From Proteromonas lacertae (Eukaryota), in the NCBI GenBank assembly GCA_002245135.1, contig NGBS01001163.1, positions 310,001 to 361,866 on the forward strand: 51,866 bases of DNA. Reading direction: 5' to 3'. How positions within the stretch are numbered: the stretch's first letter is position 1; the number at the start of each line of letters is the position of its first letter. Positions 11,845 to 22,633 of the stretch are shown here, one piece after another. The notes under the pieces were generated by a model that ran no database searches, was not told the DNA's origin, and saw only the letters and a program-made list of their open reading frames with translations. Made by a program: the position numbers and the translations under genes.

Positions 11845-12745
11845 ATGTTAGTTTCGAATCATCGTGTATACTACTTAAATTCTGATATGATTGTATTATC
11901 TGATTCCATGGGTGGAGGAAACAAGTATAAGAAGACATTAAAATTGCAATCATTCGATGATGATTATACTCATGTCAGCTTATTACATGCTGTTATACCC
12001 AATTCATTCCCAACTATACAGGAAGAAACAAATGATGAGTTTTCATTAGTATTCACATTGGGATGGAGACATGATGTTCAAGTAGATGCACCAAAGTATC
12101 CAAACATCGTAAAACATCTCAAAATACCTGAAGGATTTTATGATGAAACTCAGATATTAAGTATGATTAATAATTTAGTCAAAAATATGACATATGATGT
12201 TTTTGGAATAAAAGATGATGCATTTAATGAAGATGGTTCACATGCGTCTATTATAGAAGGAAAAGGAGATTTATTTCGTATAGACAATTTCGATGATAAT
12301 TAAACATATCATATTGAGGTAGCTAATGATATGAATATAATATACTATCAAAAAGACCCAGTATATTGGATAGAAAAATTAGAGATCATCACCAAAGATC
12401 TTAGTTACTCAAGAACCAGAGAATCAACAAGAAATTATGGTTAAGCCATTCCCATTTACTCAATTGCCATTTCGTCCATCTTTGATATGGGTTAATTCTA
12501 TATCCATTAGATTAGACATAGTCAATATTATGCAGGATTCAAATGTATTAGAAAATATACTCGTTTCAAATCCAGAGTTACCATTTATTACATATCAGAA
12601 TAATGACATATTGAATACATCGAAGAGATTCAATAATACCTATAGCAATGGTATGATCACTATTCAGATTACTCAACAAAATGGCTATGAGCTTAATCTT
12701 GATAATATTGAGTTTAATTTAGATATTGTTGTATTTAAAGTCTAA
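11845..12745 (+). pseudogene. Minor capsid protein (penton, single jelly-roll), disrupted
   Basis: YYLNS, VSLLHAVIPNSF and IPEGFYD motifs with C-terminal ITIQITQQNGYELNLDNIEFNL. Directly upstream of the MCP. In-frame TAA at 12301 and a frameshift near 12430. Confidence 0.72.
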
Positions 12746-12777
12746 TTTTTATATTTCTTTATTCTTTTGTTTTTCTA

Positions 12778-14202
12778 ATGGCTTTATCTATTCCAAAAGA
12801 ACAGAAACATGGTGTAGATGTCCCTGTGATGCTACCCTTCTATAATTATGTGAGATTGACTCCGATGGGATCAACATCAGAATATACTCTAAGTGATAAC
12901 ACGAATACAGAAGAGATTAGATGGGAGATAAGTGGAGATAATATTATCAATTTAGCTAAGTCGTATATCCAATTCGATATAGATGTAGAAACAGAACCAT
13001 TAGCAAAAGGTTCAGAAGTAGGTGCTGTTAGAGCAGATTTAAGTAAGAAACTTATAAATAAAGATGATGATTTATATCCAAGTACAATTGGAGGAATTAA
13101 AGAAGGGTTTGGCTTGGCCTCTTTTAGAATTTGTAACCAGACTGGAACAGATCTAGTCAAGCTTGATGATTCGTATGAACCATATCGTGTATTTATGGAT
13201 GAATTAGTTAGAAAGAGATGCGATATATTCTATCAAGACAATTACTATGATGGAATACAATTAGATTGGAGTAACGATGAACACAGTTATCTTATTCAAG
13301 ATGTTAATAAATGGAAAATGGATAAAGAAACGGAAGATGAATTTACTAATACTGTAGATATTTATAATGAAAGTGATGACAAAGTAACTAGTGCTATTCT
13401 GTATAAGAACAAAAAGACATTACATTTTAAATTACAGCTAGGTAAATTTTACAATACATTTGCTGCATTAAAGAGCGAGGTATTCTTTGGAGAGAGAATG
13501 TATATATGCATTCGATTCCAAACTAAAGCAAATTATGGAAATTTGAAATCATATACACCAACCGAATATTGTATTGATGAAAATGGTTATGAAGATTTAA
13601 ATAATGTTATAGCATGGGATAGGAATGGTGGTATTAAAAATATGACATTTAAGAATTTTAAATTTTATGCTTATATCAACAAGGATACTCAATGCAACAA
13701 TAATACCAAACAATACTGTTTATCAAAACCTATTCAATTCAATGATTTCAGATGCCATCAAATTAAAGTACCATCAGGTGGATCTGGCATATTCAATTAT
13801 TCATTCACATTGAATAGTTCCAATGGGCCATTTGTTCGTTACATTATCTATAGACCATGGATGATCAATGACTTTGTCTATCAGCCAGATTATACATTGA
13901 TGCAATATTATGATAGCTATATGACAATCAAAGAATATTTCCAAGACTCATGGTTTGATATATTCAGAAAAGATAAGAATTTCAATGACAAGTTCTTTGA
14001 GATATTGAATTTTGGTTCTAAGGATTTGGACAACATTAAGAACCAGGCAGGTAGACCTTTGGCTACTGATTTGAAAATAACCTTTGAATTTTCAACACCT
14101 GGTAAGAATGACTTTACTAATAATGATATCACTCATCGTTTCTATATCATCACTGGACGTATGGTTACTATTAATGGAAGTGGTATTGTAAGTGTAGCTT
14201 AA
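12778..14202 (+). CDS. Double jelly-roll major capsid protein (Polinton-like)
   Basis: Intact 474-aa beta-rich ORF. N-terminal IRWEISGDNIINLAKSYIQFDI pattern is typical of DJR MCPs, and the context includes penton, protease and ATPase. Confidence 0.75.
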   Translation: MALSIPKEQKHGVDVPVMLPFYNYVRLTPMGSTSEYTLSDNTNTEEIRWEISGDNIINLAKSYIQFDIDVETEPLAKGSEVGAVRADLSKKLINKDDDLYPSTIGGIKEGFGLASFRICNQTGTDLVKLDDSYEPYRVFMDELVRKRCDIFYQDNYYDGIQLDWSNDEHSYLIQDVNKWKMDKETEDEFTNTVDIYNESDDKVTSAILYKNKKTLHFKLQLGKFYNTFAALKSEVFFGERMYICIRFQTKANYGNLKSYTPTEYCIDENGYEDLNNVIAWDRNGGIKNMTFKNFKFYAYINKDTQCNNNTKQYCLSKPIQFNDFRCHQIKVPSGGSGIFNYSFTLNSSNGPFVRYIIYRPWMINDFVYQPDYTLMQYYDSYMTIKEYFQDSWFDIFRKDKNFNDKFFEILNFGSKDLDNIKNQAGRPLATDLKITFEFSTPGKNDFTNNDITHRFYIITGRMVTINGSGIVSVA

Positions 14203-14271
14203 AAAAATAAAAATAATCATAATATCGATAACGACTATATTTCTTATAATTATGTTTTTGTTATTTTTGTT

Positions 14272-14361
14272 ATGAGTAAAGTTAATTTAGAAAAAATAAA
14301 CAACATAGTCATAAATCCTGTTGAGACAGTAGTCAAAGGATGTGGAAAACGTTCCAAAGAT
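14272..14361 (+). pseudogene. Truncated gene start, possibly the N-terminus of the packaging ATPase
   Basis: MSKVNLEKINNIVINPVETVVKGCGKRSKD is cut at 14362 by the inverted duplicate. The assignment rests on recalled resemblance only. Confidence 0.35.
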
Positions 14362-14514
14362 AATGTCCAGAGCGTTGATGTCTGTCCTGCTATGTAATAT
14401 CATGTATAAAGAGGATCTGGACAAAAGCATCGTATATCCAATTTATATATATATTATTTATAGTATGACAGAATGTTAGATCACGCTATGGAGGACATGG
14501 TGGAACTGACTTGT
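14362..14514 (+). repeat. Inverted partial copy of the spliced gene at 6696-6856
   Basis: 14362-14443 is the reverse complement of 6775-6856 (81/82). The intron is at 14432-14463, and the next exon has 16/17 identical amino acids. Confidence 0.92.
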
Positions 14515-14518
14515 GTTG

Positions 14519-14796
14519 TAAACGTAACCTCTGGCCCTTCAATATTACTAATCAACACTTTGTTTTCCAAAATAGTTACGTTGGCCTAATATCATATAGT
14601 TGTGTTTTGGTTCCTGTACTGGAAACACTTTTTATTATTATATTATTTTAAAAGCTTATAACAATAGTAGACATCGGGATAAAGGTTTCAAATAGAAAAG
14701 GAATACCTAATTATTGCATTTACCTGCTTAAAATTTATTTTGAAAAAACAGGCTTGAATGAGGCTTGAATAGATATTTTATTATTTCGTTTTTAAG
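14519..14796 (+). repeat. 278-bp direct repeat, left copy
   Basis: Ungapped match to 44199-44476 with 13 mismatches by manual count (~95%). Contains an internal AACGTAAC/GTTACGTT inverted repeat and a ttcc-N6-ggaa hairpin. Confidence 0.97.
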
Positions 14797-16485
14797 CTGC
14801 TCAAATTTTGAACAGGCTGTTTCTAATAGCGCCATGAATCTCATTTTGAAATTTGTCTGACTATTATTAATTATTTTAGCTTTTCTGAATTGTGTGTGGT
14901 ATTTAGAAATCATCAATGTTAATCATTAGAATAATTATAAGAATTTTGTATATAAATTTATTGTACATAATAACTGTACATTGGACCTCCAGTTTTTATT
15001 CTAATTATTTTGTTATTTCAAGAGAAAAATGAAAAAATATAAATTTAGTCAAGCATTTGGCTTGATTTGAATTTGAAATTTATATATTTTGAGCATTTGT
15101 TATATATAGTAACATATTTTTTATTTTAATAAAATAGATTTCAACTCTATCATAATTTTCAATTATATATATATCAAAAGTCCATATTCTTCGTATAATT
15201 ATATAAATTTTTAATTGGTTTAGATTTAAAGAATTATGAAAAGATTATAGATAGAATAGCATACGACTAAATTTATTATGGAATGGATTGATTCAAAAAT
15301 ATGGAAGAATGCGTGTTAAGCCAGATAGTAAGGAATATAAATCAAAAATGGTTAAGAAAGAGTCTTACTATATCACTTGAAGAAATAAAGAACATAGTTG
15401 CATTGAAAAATGAGAATATAATCTAAATTTAAGTGATATATTTAAATATGAAATGGATTATACTCAAAGATATATTGAATGTAGTAATAATGGAATACAG
15501 GATGTGAAATGTAATGGTTGTAATAGGATTTATAGGAATATCTTCTTCAGAAATTGATTCTTTTTATTAATTGATAATTTACACAAATATTTAACATTTA
15601 TACTTTAATTTGTGTATTTAATATGTATATGTTACTTAATATTAAATTAGCCTATATCAATGAATTTTAGGATTAAATATGCCAATTGTTGAACAAGATT
15701 CATTTACTTTCAACATTCAAAGATTGATAAAGATATAGATGAAATAGTTATCTTGTCGAAGAACTTGAATGTATTTAGAACTGAGTTAGGCAAATGACGT
15801 CCTTTTCGACTTTTGTCCCTTTCACACGCTCAAAATACCCAGTGTTTTCCTGTAGTTGTCCCTTTTGTCCATTTTGCTTTTTTATTATCTTTTTAGTTTT
15901 TCTGTAATAAATAGCAAAAATAATCAATCACTAAGCAATATATATCAATATAACACATTATACTCCTGCCCTACTGAAAAATTAACAAATAAATATCCTA
16001 TTTGTCAATTTAACTATTTTTTTAATATATTGTTGTTGCATTTAATTGTTTTCACTCATTTTTTATCCCATTATATATCTAAATAACAATATTAATATTT
16101 ACTTCTAGTGATGATATATTACATTTATGTTAACTCATATAAATGATATATAACAATATTTTGCTATAATGAAATATCTAATATAATTATAACTCCATAT
16201 ATTCTATTACAAAACATTTTCTGGCTTGTTTTAATCAAGCTTTTTCATTTTAATTTCATTAAAATCGAGAGTTAGAGATTAGGTTTGAAGTTTTTAAGAC
16301 TTAGAAACTTTGAAAGAAGTAGTAGAAATAGAAAATAAAATAAAATAAAATAAAATAAAGCAATGTAAATCATTACTGGCAAGAGCAACTCAACTCAATG
16401 GCCATCACAATTATTATGAAAAGAATAAATCACACCAACAAAAATAATAGAAGATGGAATAAATGATGAAGTAATAGAAGGAGAA

Positions 16486-16503
16486 AGGGTTAGGGTTAGG
16501 GTT
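16486..16503 (+). repeat. Short interstitial telomere-like tract (AGGGTT)x3
   Basis: agggttagggttagggtt. Confidence 0.7.
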
Positions 16504-16620
16504 TTTCTGATGATCATCGTAAATAACATTTAACAATTGCTGTAGTTGTTTATCCAACTATCACAAAGAATATAAATTCCAATAAGAATATCTTAATTAA
16601 AAAAAGTTATAATATTATCA

Positions 16621-17652
16621 TTAGTATGATGTTTTCTGTCTTTTTTCCATTACTATTTTTCTCTTCTTCACTTCATTATTAATGTAGTTTAGTACAACAT
16701 CCTTATCAATTATTATGTATCCTTTATTGATTTTACTTATTAATAAATAGATAATTGATAATATTGTTACAGCTGATTCTTGTTTTATATTCGTATAATC
16801 CTTATTAATGAAACTGTTAAAGTCATATTCAGATATAGTGTGATAAAGATTTTGGGTAAGTGGTATTTTAATTTGTTGATATATTTCTTCAACAGTGTCA
16901 TCTATATCATTTAACATACCAGCTTTGTATATATTACTAATTATTTTCTGTAATATTTCAATATCTGTTTTATCCAACTCAGTATCATTAATAGGAATAT
17001 TAATATTATCAGTATCTACATCATCACTAGGAATAGTATTATTTATAATTTTTATACTTTCATAGAATTTGTATCTACCAGAATTTTCATCTCGTAACAT
17101 TTGACGTAGTTTATTTACTTCACAATCTATCTGTTTTATAACACGAGTTGAAATATTATAATTATTTATTATAAAATTAATAATTTCTTTAGATGTGTTT
17201 CTTGTCTGCATAACCATACAATGCACTTCATTCAAAATATCATCCGTCATAACACTAATTATCTTTTTACTTACCATATTCAGCTGATGGGAATGTGGAT
17301 TAAATTTGACATGAACTTGATAATCAGTATATTTTGCTTTGATATAAAATTGACACATTCCTTTACTACAAGTAAATTTTAATGCCTTTTCCTTGCTAAC
17401 ATTTTTGACATGAGTAACTACTACTTCAAAGTCATATTGAGTAGCATAAACATAGACTAAAAAGTATAAATCACCAATTGACTTAAATTTCTTCTGAAAT
17501 ATTGATTCATTAATACTATAAAAAGAATCGAAAGGAGGGTATTTTTGACATTGTTTATATAACTCCTTTTTTCTTCGATCGACTATTGTATGTCTACCAT
17601 CATTAGTAGGAACTGATACAAAATCATTGGCATCAATAGTTATTATGTTCAT
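16621..17652 (-). CDS. MULE/FAR1-like (WRKY-GCM1 zinc finger) DNA-binding protein, probably transposase-derived and lacking the DDE core
   Basis: YATQYDFEVV...KFTCSKGMCQFYIKA...NPHSHQL fits the C-x4-C...H-x-H pattern. Confidence 0.6.
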   Translation of the reverse strand: MNIITIDANDFVSVPTNDGRHTIVDRRKKELYKQCQKYPPFDSFYSINESIFQKKFKSIGDLYFLVYVYATQYDFEVVVTHVKNVSKEKALKFTCSKGMCQFYIKAKYTDYQVHVKFNPHSHQLNMVSKKIISVMTDDILNEVHCMVMQTRNTSKEIINFIINNYNISTRVIKQIDCEVNKLRQMLRDENSGRYKFYESIKIINNTIPSDDVDTDNINIPINDTELDKTDIEILQKIISNIYKAGMLNDIDDTVEEIYQQIKIPLTQNLYHTISEYDFNSFINKDYTNIKQESAVTILSIIYLLISKINKGYIIIDKDVVLNYINNEVKKRKIVMEKRQKTSY

Positions 17653-18336
17653 GTATAATTTATTTTCAAGTATGATATAGAAAATAGATTATAAATTATA
17701 ATGCCACAAAATATGAAACGATTATATATTTTTAAGCATAAAAAAGTACTAGTTCATACTTGAAATACTAGATTACACTTTCAATAATTTTGTCAATAAT
17801 TTCTATTATATTGTTATTATTAATTCTATATTATTGAGTGATGTGATATAATGTATGTTGATATAGTGATATATGAGTTGCAGAAAGGACATCCTTCTGG
17901 AGCCATATCCTCCTTTCTGTCCTTTCTTCTCTCGTCTAGCCTGTACTTAAATCGAATATGTCCTTTTTCAAGAAGGACAATATAACCTGTAGGTCCTTTT
18001 CTGTCCCTTTATTCAATATTAGTTTTTATTAAATACTACATATATTATATATCCTATTGTTTATAAGACATATAAACCTGTTTAAGAACAAATATACCTA
18101 TGTTCATTTCTATTAATCAAAGTATTATGTAAATTTTATGCATTAAATCTATCTAAATAACATACTTATAAATGTTTTGTTCATTTACATAAATAGTGTC
18201 ACTTCATAATAGAAATATCAAACAAATTGACATAATCTGAATATAATGTAAATTAATAAACTACTTATAACTAATTTGAATATATACAGTAAAATAAACT
18301 GACTAAATTTAGCTAAATTTTAATATTCATTAATTC

Positions 18337-19414
18337 CAGTGTTGTATTTTTCGGTCAAAAAATATAGGTTTACCTATAGGTCAAAACCTATATCTTTAGC
18401 TTGACCTTTACCTTCCTTATACTAACTATTAGTTGACCTCCTATTGAACATGAGTTAAGAAGCATATAATCTAACCATAACTATTTTGATCTATTTCTCA
18501 ATGATGACTCACAATAACATATTATTAACATAATATTAAATTAATTATAGAATAAAAAAAATAAAAGAAAAAACATCAAGCTTGATGGTTTGACTAAGTA
18601 AATCTTTATTTTTTAAGATTTAGATCATTTAGAAGTATAATTACTCAATATTTATAAGACTTTATAATATATGAAACTATAGGGATATCACATTACCCCC
18701 TATCGCATCAAAAGAGTTGTGCATTTATTCAATTGTTGTATGTTAGAGAAGTAACATTTTAACTACTTCAAAATGTTTTGGAGAACGTGATTAAAATAAA
18801 ATATTCAGATTATTGCATATGGTAAAAGCCAAAGTCAATTCAGATTCTGTCAACAAAGATCTATATAAATTAGTAACCTTCAATGCAGTACCACAATATT
18901 AGACTCACCAGAATTTAGAAGGTTTTGATTCAAACTAGGATATATTATACCTCTAAGAGAGTTTTATAATGCTTATTAATTTTCAGAAACTGAGAAAGTA
19001 AGAGACTTATTGAAGACAAATCATTAATATCCAGAAATATAGATTTATTATTATAATTACATTAATATTTGTTATTTAGAGATAGTAATCAATATAAATT
19101 AATCATCAAAATAACAAGTTGTTTATAAATATGTTAAATATCACTATTGAGTAGTTTGTAGATGAATTTTAATATATTAGTATAGATATTTATACAATTT
19201 CAACCAATCTTATTCTAACTATGGTAATTAAAGTAAAACAAGAAGCAGAAATTATATTTTATATAGTATGATAGTTTGTATAAAACAAATGTTACTCAGT
19301 ATGTAATTAAAATAGATTTTAACAAAATAATGCTCGAGGTTTGACCGACCAATGGTCAAAGCTAGATTATAGGTTTTACCTAAAACCTATAGGTTACCTA
19401 TTTATACAACCCTG
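18337..19414. mobile_element. Non-autonomous hAT-type DNA transposon (1078 bp)
   Basis: TIRs CAGTGTTGTAT / ATACAACCCTG (10/11). Perfect 8-bp TSD ATTAATTC at 18329-18336 and 19415-19422. Subterminal TAGGT/ACCTA repeats at both ends. Confidence 0.9.
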
Positions 19415-19825
19415 ATTAATTCACAGTATTTCAAAGAAACAGTAATTAATTTTTAGATTTATACATACGAATTTATAGATTTAGATGAAAAACATGTGCA
19501 TATAAAACAAGTGTTTATATCAAAATATTGATTTTCGAACAAATAAGGGGGTAAGAAAATTCAGATTTTTAGTTACATTTTTTTATTTAAATCAACAACA
19601 GAAATGAGTTGTAAGCTAATATTTTATATTATTTATGTACTTAATAAAATAATGTGACAAAATTTGTTACATAGACTATTTTATATTCATTTAGTTCGTT
19701 TTAAAAGTGTTTGGTAATATATTTGGAAAAATTGAGAATAAGGACAAAATATAATTTCAGATAAAGTGTATTTAAGTTGTTCTTTTCTGATATAAGTTGT
19801 AATATCTATAATTTGTATTTATTAA

Positions 19826-20584
19826 TTAATGAGTTATCCACATTGATACTACGCCATTATCATATTTGAAATCAAACCTATTCCATTTTTTAGGTATGTG
19901 ATTAATCGCATGTTTATATCTATTTCTTTCTGAGTTATCCAAAAGCAATATTCCTCCTTTTTTCTTTATTAATTCTATTGCTGTTATTATGCAACCAGCT
20001 CTAGCTCTTCCATCTCTACTTATTATATCATATTTTCTATTGTTTATTAATCTATTAGTAACATATGTTTTATAACATAACTTATTAAAACTAATATAAA
20101 TTGAATTATTATGACATACATCTATATTATCTTCTTTAATATAATGTATTTCAATTTTGTTATTTATTGAAAGCTTTTTCGTAATGTTTTTGACAGAATC
20201 TGACCATACCTTTGAATGTTCAACTGATATTAAATGCTTTATTCTATATGCTAACCATATTGTACTTGACCCAGAACTCCATTCTAATCCAATTGAATTG
20301 GAAGACAATATATGATCTAATATATAAATACATTCTCTAGATATCCATGGCTCACAATTGTTATCAATAGATATATATTTTTTCCTAAATGTACCTAATT
20401 TATCATCATCTTTACATAAATCGGTTGGTATTCTTTTATCTCTCATCATTTGTATATGTGTACTCTTTAATTTATTTACTCTTCGATCTATATTTTCATA
20501 ATCAATGTATATATATTATAAATATATTCGAGAGAATAGAATACAAACAATTATACATACACAAACAACAATAATATTAGTCAT
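19826..20584 (-). pseudogene. Class I SAM-dependent methyltransferase (glycan O-methyltransferase-like) with signal anchor; one in-frame TAA
   Basis: LEWSSGSSTIW, SVEH, DIISRDGRAR and GGILLLDNSER motifs. ATG 20584 and a hydrophobic anchor are in frame, with a stop at 20516-20518. Confidence 0.8.
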
Positions 20585-21744
20585 TTAAATTTATCATTTC
20601 CACAACATCTCCTTCTTTGTGGCAGAGTTGTTAATGGCATGTAGTTCAATAACCAGGTGATTAGCAGCTTTACTAAGTTGTCTTAATGAAGTGATGACCT
20701 TATCGATGAACTGAGATGTGAGGATGAAGTAGTTGTTATTATCCTACTGGATCTTGAGTTGATAATGAAACGTTAGTAAATACTCCTTCTCCATCTTATT
20801 GAAGTTGTTCGTATCGATGGATCTTGATTTAGTGATGTACCTTAGAATACTCCTTCTGAGTCTTCCTCCATTATCATCTTGACAAGATTTTTACGCAGTT
20901 GGGAGATTTGCACCATTGGAAGATAAAAGGGTTTTATTAAAAACTAATTCGATAGTAGAGGGATAAAATAAAGGATATGCTGCCTATGGGAAAGCTGTAA
21001 AAGCGCATAAGGAAAATGCTCACAAATATCAAGACTTTAGAGGCTTTTGCAGACAAATAACCAGAGCTAAATGCAAAGCTAAATAACCGTAGTGTTAGTA
21101 ACGGATGGATGGTTTCATACAAAAATTATACACTTTGGCAGTAACTGAAGTCTCAAATGAGAAATCAGAGACTATCTCAGTGTTGTGCGCCTTTTGTCAT
21201 AGTTGGCCATTTGTCTCCCAGACACTGTTAAAACAAACTAAATGTATATTCTTACTTGTCTTGATGAAAAATTGTTACTTTTATATTTATTGTGTTATAT
21301 GGCCTACCTCTGCATTATACTATTTTGTTAATATAAATAGTTTGAATATTTGCGCCGTTTGTCTTCTAGCAATTTTTGAAGCAAACTTAATGCATATTTA
21401 GCTAATACAGACTGAAATACATTAGCTGAAATGATTAGAATGTAATAATTATTAAATCTTTTTATATAAAAAAAGAAATGTAAAAAATAGGCTTGAATGA
21501 GGCTTGATTCTATATTTTCTTTTTCTATTTTTATATGAACAAAAAAATATACTGCAGAGGTAGGTCACATAACAAAGTAAGTATAAAGTAACAATTTTTC
21601 ATCAAGACAAGTAAGAATATACATTTAGTTTGTTTTAAAAGTGTCTGCTAAACAAACACCCTACTCTAACAAACGGCGCAGAACAAAACCAATTTATCTC
21701 CCAATCTTTACAACACTATAGTAAATAACATTTACAAAGTCAAT

Positions 21745-22522
21745 ATGAAGATTAATATGATTATAGCTACAGTTGTTTTCATTTTTTATTATTATAAAGA
21801 AATAGTTAATATGAAAAGATCAATAATACTAATAGCTGTAATTTCATGTAATAGATATATATATTTGAATAAGACATTATCTGCTTTTATGAAACATGTT
21901 TATAACTACGAAAAACATCTAACATACAATTTATTATTTATAGATCAAGGAACAATCGAAAGATATGATGTAGTTGATAGATATAAAATAAAAAATGCTG
22001 TATTTATGAATCCAGTAGGTTATCCTGCTTCATTTAATTATATTTTTTCTTATATAAATACAAAATATACATTATTCTTAGAAGAGGACTGGGAAGTAGT
22101 TGAAAAAATTTGAGAAAAGAATAATTCATCCTTCATTCATTAAAGAATCAATAAATATACTTGATAAAGTAGATAATGTGTATGGACTACTTTTAAGAAA
22201 TACAAGGGATATATCTGTGGGTTATTCCATAGTAGTTCATTCCAGTATGGGAATACATACTCTTTTTGTATTAAATCCACCTAAAAATAGAAACACATTC
22301 ACAAATGGTGCTAGTATTTATAGATCATCTGATTTGAAAGAGTTAAACTACTATATCAATGAATGTAATGCTTCTCAATTTTTTAGATACAATAATTACA
22401 AACTAGGTTTCACTTATAAAGGCTTATTATGTGGAAGAAATAGTACAAATTGTCAGTATGTTATGAAACATATTGGTTATAAAAGTACAAATAGTGGAAT
22501 TTGTAGAATTAGGTTATATTAA
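21745..22522 (+). pseudogene. GT-A fold (GT2-like) glycosyltransferase, frameshifted near 22110
   Basis: Signal anchor, then VISCNRYIYLNKTL, FIDQG, LFLEEDW and C-terminal HIG; split across two overlapping ORFs. Confidence 0.7.
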
Positions 22523-22633
22523 ATAATAATCTATTTTAGTTCTAAATTTCACTCTATAATATTCTTCTTTTTAGTTGTAATATAGGATTAAAATTATATT
22601 TTATGTTTATCAATTAATCAGTAAGTTTTAACT

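Larger units (their letters stand above)
6315..14514. mobile_element. Rearranged Polinton/Maverick-like endogenous virus, morphogenesis and integrase module (element 1)
   Basis: Co-located rve integrase, adenain-like protease, A32-like ATPase fragment, penton and DJR major capsid protein. True termini and TSD were not found. Confidence 0.85.

Noticed and set aside
14940..15780. Degenerate gene with a Cys-rich motif (ECSNNGIQDVKCNGCNRIY)
   Set aside because: There are too many stops to reconstruct a frame or assign a family.
9077..20518. Stop-codon reassignment (TAA=Gln) suggested by several in-frame TAA codons
   Set aside because: MCP, integrase and most island genes end in TAA, and long ORFs such as the 1320-codon pPolB contain no internal TAA. 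Point mutation explains the few cases better.
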